A DNA stretch of 33,113 nucleotides, from assembly GCF_001194135.2 (NCBI RefSeq), contig NC_068981.1, positions 171,368,557-171,401,669 of the forward strand, given 5' to 3'. This document shows positions 25,135 to 33,113 of the stretch, in pieces. A program made the translations under genes and the position numbers. Within the stretch, counting starts at the first letter, position 1. The number at the start of each line of letters is the position of its first letter. This stretch comes from Octopus bimaculoides (lineage: Eukaryota). A model generated the notes under the pieces. It made no database searches. It saw only the letters and a program-made list of their open reading frames with translations, and was not told where the DNA came from.

Positions 25135-25685
25135 GAAAGGATTCGTCTTTGGAATGTAGATAGGCTCATCCTTTCATCTGATGATACGTTGCGATAGAGT
25201 CTAGAGTCATGCGACTTCTTTGGGCATGTATACTAGGTTATCAGACAAAAAGTGTTGCGCAAGGAGCTGCCTTCCAAGTTATATGATGTTATCAGCCTCA
25301 TGTATGCAAACTTGGTCAGGAGATTCACTTCGACAGTTGGCGATTAGATGTTGCCGATGGGATATGATGCGACGTTCATTAATGTTAAGCCTCTGCCGCC
25401 TTGTTTTCGTTTTAGGTAGTGGCGATCTACGTCACTGTTTATGTGGAAATTATGTGTGCTTGTTACTATTTTTGGGGTTTTCACATCAATGGCTCGGATT
25501 TCATCAAGCGTCCAATCAAGCATCTCAAATGTTGGTATATTTACTGGCACTGCAAACACATTTGGGCTACTGTTTTATTGAATGCAGAGAGTTCTGAGTT
25601 CCAAATTTTCTTTATTCGGCTGTAATATTTTTTAGTGACACGTATTTTGTTACATATACCATTGTATGATATATTTTCATCCAGC
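25135..25685 (-). mobile_element. R4/Dong-type non-LTR fragment, RT thumb region
   Basis: KYYSRIRKIWNSELSAFNK; FAVPVNIPTFEMLDWTLDEIRAIDVKTPKIVTSTHNFHINSDVDRHYLKRKQGGRGL. Confidence 0.85.
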
Positions 25686-26646
25686 TTTAGATACATGTAT
25701 GTACGTATGTATGCATGTATGTATGTATGTATGCTTATATGTATGCATGTATGTATGTTTAAATGAATTATCTCTTCTATTTTTAATTATTTGAAGTTAT
25801 CCTGTAGGGAAATAGAAAGCTCCGTCTTTGGAATGTAGATAACAAGAACAAATTGACATACAGAACAGGTGAATATCTTACATATTGTCACTATTCCACC
25901 TACAGGTTGTATTTATAATGTTCATATTAACAGGATGGTTTGTTTTTCTGAAAACCCTAGATTTTCCAAATCGACATTTAGGCATTTACTAATAAAACCA
26001 AGTGCACCAATTATTATCGGTATATATGTGAATGTATGTATATATTCTATGTATATGAGTAAATGTGTGTGTGTACATAGTGAGAGAGACACACAGTATC
26101 GATTTTCTCGATATTACGTCCATAAACTATTTTATCTTACTGATATCTTCTGAAGGCATCATAAGTTTCAAGAAGTAATGTCGGTAGATTTTACGAGTAT
26201 AAGTTGGTATACACGCTGAATTTGAAATGTATACAGGAATATCGATTGTGAAGTAAAACCAGATAAGATAAAACATGTCCGATTTACCTTAGCACTTCTA
26301 CTATTCGCATACAGATATTATTTCCATTATACCCGTTTCTCTAAGAAATGACATAACTAAGTGTATAAGACATCACAATAACACTTCACATGTCTTACGT
26401 TTAAATCTCCTACAAGTATTTTATAATCTTTCTGAGAACTTCGGCAAGCAGTCAAGATCAATTAGCAGTTTGCTTTTTTGAACTTTTTTTGTTTTTTCGG
26501 AAACATTATTTGATTTTCCTTTCTTATCAAAACAAGGTAACTAGAATGTTACTCCAGCGCATCTTTCCTTCGAATAGAACTTTTAAGGAATATACGTAAA
26601 AATAAATGCTTCAGAATCAATAATATTTTATTATTAACTGTTATTG

Positions 26647-26863
26647 TCAGTTGGCGAGTTGTTAGAATCGTTAGTGCGCCGAACACAATGCTTAGAGAGA
26701 TTTCGCCCGTGTTTAGAATTTCAGGTCAAATTCCGCCAAGGTCCACTTAGCTTTTCATTCTTTCGGGGTCGATGAAATAAGTACCTGTTGATTATTGGAG
26801 TCGACGTAATCGACTAGACCTCTTCCCGTAAAATTTTAGGCTTTATGCCTATAGTAAAAAGCT
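26647..26863 (+). mobile_element. tRNA-derived SINE with 16-bp target-site duplication
   Basis: Homologous to 8098 and 13025 (TTCATTCTTTCGGGGTCGATGAAATAAGTACC). Flanked by TTATTAACTGTTATTG at 26631-26646 and 26864-26879. Confidence 0.9.
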
Positions 26864-27114
26864 TTATTAACTGTTATTGCTTGTCTTAGATCAGTTCCGA
26901 TCAAATCTTTGACCATGTTGTATTCCTTATTTAGCCATAGTGTATCTAAGAATCATATTATTCAGTGTGTGGTTCTCTTTTTTTAACATCAAAATTATTA
27001 TCTTAATTATTTTGATTAATTATTCTAGCATATCTCGAGTGATAACGTATAAACGGAGAAATATTTATCTTCGCGATAATTTTTTCTAACATAGAGTCAC
27101 AGCCTGAAAACAGG

Positions 27115-27250
27115 GAGGCTGGAGTTAGCTAATTAAATTGACCCCAGCGATTGGCTCGTATTCTATTTTGTGGACGCTGAAAGGATGGAAAACAAAGTTG
27201 ATCTCGTCAAGGTTTAAATTCAGAACGTGAAATATCAAAAGATATTTCAA
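27115..27250 (-). mobile_element. Highly decayed SINE of the same family
   Basis: GAAAGGATGGAAAACAAAGTTGATCTCG..TTTAAATTCAGAACGT aligns to GAAAGGATGAAAGGCAAAGTCGACCTCG..TTTGAACTCAGAACGT in the 13025 copy. Confidence 0.6.
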
Positions 27251-27734
27251 ATGATTGTTTCTCGTCACGTCCATATTTATCTCCATAATAATGATCGCAC
27301 GTGTCATGTTTACAGCAGACGGTGGATTAAATGACTCTACTGAGTGTCAAACAAATGAAAAATGCCTTTCGGCGTAATATTTGCTGTAGCTGTTTTCGTG
27401 CTACTTGTTCTATTGAGACAATTGATTGTGGTAAAATATGCTTCTCGAAATTACCGCGGGATTGAACCGGAAGCATTACTTAACTATATGAACATAGCAT
27501 TTGACCAAGAATCAGACCCACAATACTATAAGTTACTGAAAATATGATTTTCTATTAAGAGAATATTTTATATTTGTCTAGCTGCAATCGATTATGGAGA
27601 TATTTTCTTTCTCCTACTAGTTTATTTGTTTGTTTGTATTTGCTTCCAAATCAAGTAATATACATTATATAATAAATACATAATGTAAATGTAGAAATAT
27701 TAATTCGGGTAAATGTATATACATACATACATAA

Positions 27735-27778
<44 letters not shown>

Positions 27779-27942
27779 TTAGAAGAAGTACAAAATTGAA
27801 AATTGATGTTTTGAATACATTTACTACACACGTTTTGTTGTCGTTGTGTAATATAACCTGTAATACTTCAGTCGACATTTCAATATGTATAGCTGTATAT
27901 GCGTGTTCGTATACGCACACACACACATATATGTACATACAA

Positions 27943-27975
<33 letters not shown>

Positions 27976-28190
27976 NNNNNNNNNNNNNNNNNNNNNNNNN
28001 NNNNNNNNNNNNNNNNNNNNNNNNNNNNNNNNNNNNNNNNNNNNNNNNNNNNNNNNNNNNNNNNNNNNNNNNNNNNNNNNNNNNNNNNNNNNNNNNNNNN
28101 NNNNNNNNNNNNNNNNNNNNNNNNNNNNNNNNNNNNNNNNNNNNNNNNNNNNNNNNNNNNNNNNNNNNNNNNNNNNNNNNNNNNNNNNNN

Positions 28191-28228
<38 letters not shown>

Positions 28229-29267
28229 AATGTATATATATACATTGATGTTTATGTAAACTGAATGAAAATTTCTAGCAAAAATATTCGACAGCAACCG
28301 ATTAATGTAACTCTCAAGTAATCAATTACATTATAAACGAAATTACTTCGTAGAATAACTTTCCCTGACAACAGCAATTGTAATATTTTTATTGAAACTG
28401 GCACCAGAAGGTAAGCGCAAAGAAATAGATTCAGCTCTAGTAATCACCTCCTTATTCACGTGTATGTGGTATTTGAGTGTATATGAGTGTCTGTCTGTGT
28501 GTGTGTATCAACTGCAGCTTCATATCAATATTCACCCTACTTTTCGCTAAGGTTCTTTTTCAGTTGGTCTTGTAGGCATTCATTGATGAAAAAATGATTT
28601 AGTATAAATTGGCTAGTCATGGTTACAATTAGTTTTATATGCAGGCTCATGTGCCTGACCGCAGTATTCTAACCGGAACAAGAGCTATTAACTTTTCAAT
28701 ACCATTTGATGAAGTGAATCTAGAGAGAAATAAATGTTTGTCATAGAGCCCGCATAAATAAACCACTCTAGTGTCGTCCTTCTTTGCATTGCAAAAAAAT
28801 ACTACAAAGTCGCACATAGTATACATATTCTATAAAAGTAAAGTGAAGTCATATCACGATGCAGACACCAAAATTAAATTCCACTTACTGGTCCCAACTC
28901 CAAACGAGATAAAACGAACGCCAAAAGTCCATACTCGTAGACATAAACCTTAGATGTATATTTTATGAGTATATAACCGTATACATAAAAATGAGGTTCA
29001 AGCATATATAGTATGCAAACCATACCCCAGAATACTTCAGCATATCTTAAATAAAAGCTATACATATAATATGCCAACTCAAATGCACATGTGAATGTAT
29101 AAGCATATATTTCTACAAACCTGTAGAAGAAACATTATACCCATAGATACAAATAAATACTCTCTCAAAACAAGACACAAAATTCGATCCCACTCTAAGT
29201 AAAATCCCACTGCAGCTACACTAAACACACTCATACACACGCATATTATGAACATAAGTAACATATA

Positions 29268-29430
29268 GGCGCAGAAGCGGCTGTGTGGTAAGTAGCTTGC
29301 TTACCAACCACATGGTTCCGGGTTCATTCCCACAGCGTGGCACCTTCGGCAAGTGTCTTCTACTATAGCCTCGGGCCGACCAAAGCCTTGTGAGTGGATT
29401 TGGTTGACGGAAACTTAAAGAATCCCGTCG

Positions 29431-29504
<74 letters not shown>

Positions 29505-29749
29505 TGTGTGTGTGTCTGTGTGTGTGTCTGTGTATGTTTGTGTGTCTGTGTTTGTCCCCCGCATCATCGCTTGACAACCGATGCTGGTGTGTTTACGTCC
29601 CCGTAACCTAGCGGTTCGGCAAAAGAGGCCGATAGAATAAGTACTAGGCTTCCAAAGAATAAGTCCTGGGGTCGATTTGCTCGACTAAAGGTGTTGCTCC
29701 AGCATGGCCACAGTCAAATGACTGAAACAAGTAAAAGAGTAAAAGAGTA
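29268..29749 (+). mobile_element. Full-length composite SINE: tRNA head, internal (TA)n(TG)n tract, 3' domain and GTAAAAGA tail
   Basis: A-box-like CGGCTGTGTGG, B-box GGTTCATTCC, GGCAAGTGTCTTCTACTATAGCC body, microsatellite at about 29431-29550, 3' part with GATAGAATAAGTACTAGG..CTGGGGTCGAT, and tail GTAAAAGAGTAAAAGAGTA. Confidence 0.88.
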
Positions 29750-30041
29750 CACTTACTCATTAAAACAAAAACAAGAAGGACGAAAGTCATTCGTTCATAA
29801 ACACACCATTCATTAAAAGCATATCCTTCCACTGTAGATATATATTCTTCATAGCTAACATCACTCATAATCACTCCTCCAGAAACTCACAAGCCTTTCC
29901 ATCATTTTTCCTCATGTTCTATGACCACTGGCAAACTAAACGCTTATCCCAGATTTAGACAGGATACCAAATCCTGATAAGCACAATCAGACGTGCACCA
30001 TACAAATATAAATATTTCCTCGAGGCAATATCAAAAAACAA

Positions 30042-30603
30042 GGTTCTAAAGAAATACAAACTGACATATCCACAAATACACAAAAACGTGTATACACACA
30101 CAGACACACAAAGTTCTAAAGAAATACAAACTGACATATCCACAAATACACAAAAACGTGTATACACACACAGACACACAAAGTTCTAAAGAAATACAAA
30201 CTGACATATCCACAAATACACAANNNNNNNNNNNNNNNNNNNNNNNNNNNNNNNNNNNNNNNNNNNNNNNNNNNNNNNNNNNNNNNNNNNNNNNNNNNNN
30301 NNNNNNNNNNNNNNNNNNNNNNNNNNNNNNNNNNNNNNNNNNNNNNNNNNNNNNNNNNNNNNNNNNNNNNNNNNNNNNNNNNNNNNNNNNNNNNNNNNNN
30401 NGGTTCTAAAGAAATACAAACTGACATATCCACAAATACACAAAAACGTGTATACACACACAGACACACAAAGTTCTAAAGAAATACAAACTGACATATC
30501 CACAAATACACAAAAACGTGTATACACACATAGACACACAAAGTTCTGAAGAAATACAAACTGACATATCCACAAATACACAAAAACGTGTATACACACA
30601 CAG
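30042..30603. repeat. 70-bp minisatellite spanning an N gap
   Basis: Unit TTCTAAAGAAATACAAACTGACATATCCACAAATACACAAAAACGTGTATACACACACAGACACACAAAG starts at 30044, 30114, 30184, 30404, 30474 and 30544. Confidence 0.95.
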
Positions 30604-30813
30604 AAATGCATGCAAGCACACACGCATACAGACAGTTATCTACAAATCAAGAGAGAGAAAATTCTGTAAAAGAACTGATGTTTTTACTCACAAAATCCCC
30701 ACCAAATCCTTCAGCCCTGAAGAGCACCATTCATATCGGATATGACTAATAACATAACGACACGACGCAGCTGTGGGGCTGTTGTTAAAACCATATAAAA
30801 TGCTACCTTCTGA

Positions 30814-30900
30814 AAATCTAAACAATACCTTGGCTATGAGATAAATCTAAACATTACCTCAGCTATGGGATAAATCTAAAAGATACCTCGGCTATGGAAT
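30814..30900. repeat. 3 x 29-bp tandem repeat
   Basis: AAATCTAAA(C/A)..TACCT..GCTATG..AT units at 30814, 30843 and 30872. Confidence 0.9.
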
Positions 30901-31164
30901 ACACACGAATATATCCGCACAAGGAATGTTACCGAAACATTCCCATCAAAACTTCTATCAGTTGAAACGTAACAGATTTGACAGTTATTTGGTCCAGAAA
31001 ACTTTTGAACACTCATAGAATTTAATCGCCCTGCAGAATTCGACATCTCTTCCTAAATTAGTGAGGTGAAAAACCTAAGGGTAATTATCTCGAAACCTGC
31101 AGCTCCACTATTATCATAACTTTACATTTATACAAATAGTCCTTACTATGATAGTTGCTGTTAA

Positions 31165-31340
31165 TATGCCTAAACCACAATCGGGAGACAGTACTTACTA
31201 TAAGTATTATAGAATATCTGTAGAAATAACAACAAAATAATATAAGAGCACTAATAACGCTATAGAACTTGGTACTGACTTATGAAAAAATTTAATATAC
31301 CTTATAGTATGTTGTGTTTGCATAACGAAGTACCACGTAC
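31165..31340 (+). pseudogene. Possible PLE GIY-YIG endonuclease remnant
   Basis: KNLIYLIVCCVCITKY at 31286-31333 resembles the PLE N(L/V)IYxIxCxxC...YIG start of GIY-YIG; a hammerhead-like motif follows ~135 nt downstream. The similarity is short and weak. Confidence 0.35.
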
Positions 31341-31460
31341 CTGCAAATCTTTGATACTTACATAGCGGCCTCATGAATGCGCCAAATAGGCAAAATAACT
31401 TAACAGCGCTGTATGCACTGGCTATATAAGTTATGTGTTCGGAGGCAAAAGTTGGTTAGA

Positions 31461-31503
31461 TGAATGCTGAAGAAGGGACAATAAACCCCGAAATATGGCA
31501 TAG
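31461..31503 (+). ncRNA. Degenerate hammerhead ribozyme-like motif
   Basis: AUG-CUGAAGA-A-GGG-ACAAUAAAC-CCC-GAAA-UAUGG-CAU: canonical CUGANGA (31467-31473), GGG/CCC stem II, GAAA (31490-31493), AUG/CAU stem I. The cleavage triplet is non-canonical. Confidence 0.4.
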
Positions 31504-31543
31504 GAGAATATTAGATTTATAAGCCCTAAAATTCACTCCTTAT

Positions 31544-31826
31544 GCCCACGGGCATATGGAGTAGTGGTTAAGAGTGCGGGCTACTAACCCCGAGATTCCG
31601 AGTTCAATTCTAGGCAGTGACCAGAATAATAATAAAAAATACCTTAGGAATGAGAACCCAGGTTCCAAATTTCCCCAAGGAACGTGTTAACAACCGAAAC
31701 GTTGTGTTAACAGTCGAAACGTTGTGTTAACAAAAAACAAGACGAGAACAAATATCCGTCAATTGTAAATATTGTAAATAATGTAAATAATTTATATAAT
31801 TCCTCATCTCTTAAATATAGAACTGT
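31544..31826 (+). mobile_element. tRNA-headed retroelement with tandem 20-bp GAAACGTT units and TGTAAATA repeats
   Basis: A-box TGGAGTAGTGG, tRNA-like GTTAAGAGTGCGGGCTACTAACCCCG, B-box GAGTTCAATTC. 20-bp units at 31684, 31704 and 31724 (partial). Confidence 0.7.
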
Positions 31827-31868
31827 ATTGTATTAAGTAATTTTCAGAAAGACTTTCATATATATATA

Positions 31869-31900
<32 letters not shown>

Positions 31901-32351
31901 CAAGAGAACACAAATGGTAATTGAACCCCATTTGGGTTCTCTTTTATATACCTACAACCAAGACTGAGCCGGATCTCGGATCTACAGTTTAAATTGGATT
32001 TGGCATTTAACTACGGTATCCTACAAACCCTTGATACTTTCGTTGTTTTACCTCACTGTGAAGCTTATGTTATTGCACCTAGTCACTTTTGGCGGCGTAC
32101 TTGCTAAGGTGCTTAAATTCTGTTGAATCTAATATATATGTGTATGTGGATATCCATGCGTGTGTATGTGTGTGTATGTGTGTGTGTGTGCGTGCGTGCG
32201 TCTTTGTGCATCTGCATATATACGTATGTAATCAGATATGTCGTCTCTGGGTATCTGTCAACAAAGCCACAAATATAAGTCTTCTCTGTCTTTTTATTTT
32301 TTATTTTCTTCCTACATCGATATCTAATGCTTTGTTTTATTTAAATATTCT

Positions 32352-32545
32352 AAGGCGGTGAGCTGGCAGATCCGTTAGCAGGCCTGACAAAACGCCTGCC
32401 AGCATTTCCTTCGTCCTTACGTTCTGAGTGCAAATTCCGCCGAGGTCGACTTTGCCTTTCATCCTTTCGGAGTCGATAGAATAAGTACCAGTAAAACACT
32501 GGAGGGTTACTGTAAACGACTAGTCCTCGGCGCCACCAGTAGAAA
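32352..32545 (+). mobile_element. tRNA-derived SINE (8098/13025 family)
   Basis: AAGGCGGTGAGCTGGCAGATCCGTTAGC...GAGTGCAAATTCCGCCGAGGTCGACTTTGCCTTTCATCCTTTCGGAGTCGATAGAATAAGTACCAG. Confidence 0.9.
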
Positions 32546-33113
32546 TAATTATTTAAACATTCTGATCCACGCTGCGTTATGCAAAACATATATTAAACAT
32601 ATTTATAATATATTATATATCTTATGTATAACATGCCCAAAATTTGTATCATATACGTGCGCCTGAGTGCGCGCGTGTACGTATATATATATACACGTAC
32701 ATGTATACACACGCATATCAATAAGTGAATAAAGCGTAAATGAGGGCAGTTCTTAATTCTTTGTATGTGTCTTGCAAACAACTTGCACATGCAAGTGCTG
32801 CCAGTCAAGAACTCCGCATACCGGAAGCCAGCAAGTGTATGGGGTCATCAGGAGAGAATGCGCGCCGTTTCGGGGCCTACCTCTCGACGGCATCAATGCG
32901 AACCGGCCCCCCTCACTGATATGAGGCCCCGCTTGCTAGATCAACTGATTATTAAAACAAAGCTCAATATTTCTCTAGCCATCGCTCATCGTCTCTTTTT
33001 AAACAAATCCAGTGGCTAGCCTTCTCCACTGTAGTTTGGATATCGGTCATGGTGGTATTTACCTTACGATGAGTTAGGCCTAACGATAATAGCAGTCGTT
33101 TCACACTGTTTCC

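Noticed and set aside
31550-31625. Possible tRNA gene (also the SINE heads at 734 and 29268)
   Set aside because: A/B boxes are present but I cannot form a complete cloverleaf with an acceptor stem, and there is no Pol III terminator; best explained as SINE heads.
31684-31732. Short direct repeats as a possible CRISPR array (also the 29-bp and 70-bp arrays)
   Set aside because: The units are contiguous with no unique spacers, there are no cas genes, and the context is eukaryotic.
32836-32885. Minus-strand GAAAC...CTGATGA, hammerhead boxes in type-II order
   Set aside because: The flanks that should form stem II (CCCC and CCCC) are not complementary, and stems I and III cannot be built from the 16 nt between the boxes.

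Overview
A 33 kb AT-rich eukaryotic window, almost entirely intergenic or intronic, from a gapped short-read assembly. N gaps lie at 2283-2687, 3329-3972, 8735-9041, 11231-11472, 14741-14845, 18427-18436, 21967-21976, 27976-28190 and 30224-30401. The SINE families and microsatellite load look like an Octopus genome (inference from recalled repeat families, not a database search). No intact host gene is recognisable; one stop-free 315-nt segment with AG/GTAAG borders (21498-21812) is an exon candidate. The rest is transposon debris and simple repeats. Retroelements: about 10 tRNA-derived SINE copies (two with clean 15-16 bp TSDs), R4/Dong-type RLE fragments, an RTE reverse transcriptase remnant, a gag-like ORF1 remnant and Penelope-like element (PLE) remnants. 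DNA elements: two mariner remnants, a Sola2-like transposase remnant, and Tigger-like and piggyBac-like MITEs. The most notable signals are minimal hammerhead-ribozyme-like motifs next to PLE remnants (11169-11207 on minus, with a variant CUGUGGA core; 31461-31503 on plus), a tRNA-headed element carrying tandem GAAACGTT hammerhead half-sites, and a perfect 28-bp hairpin inside an R4-like ORF. There are no prokaryotic features, CRISPR arrays, rRNA genes or bona fide tRNA genes. Most supplied ORFs are microsatellite or N-gap artefacts.
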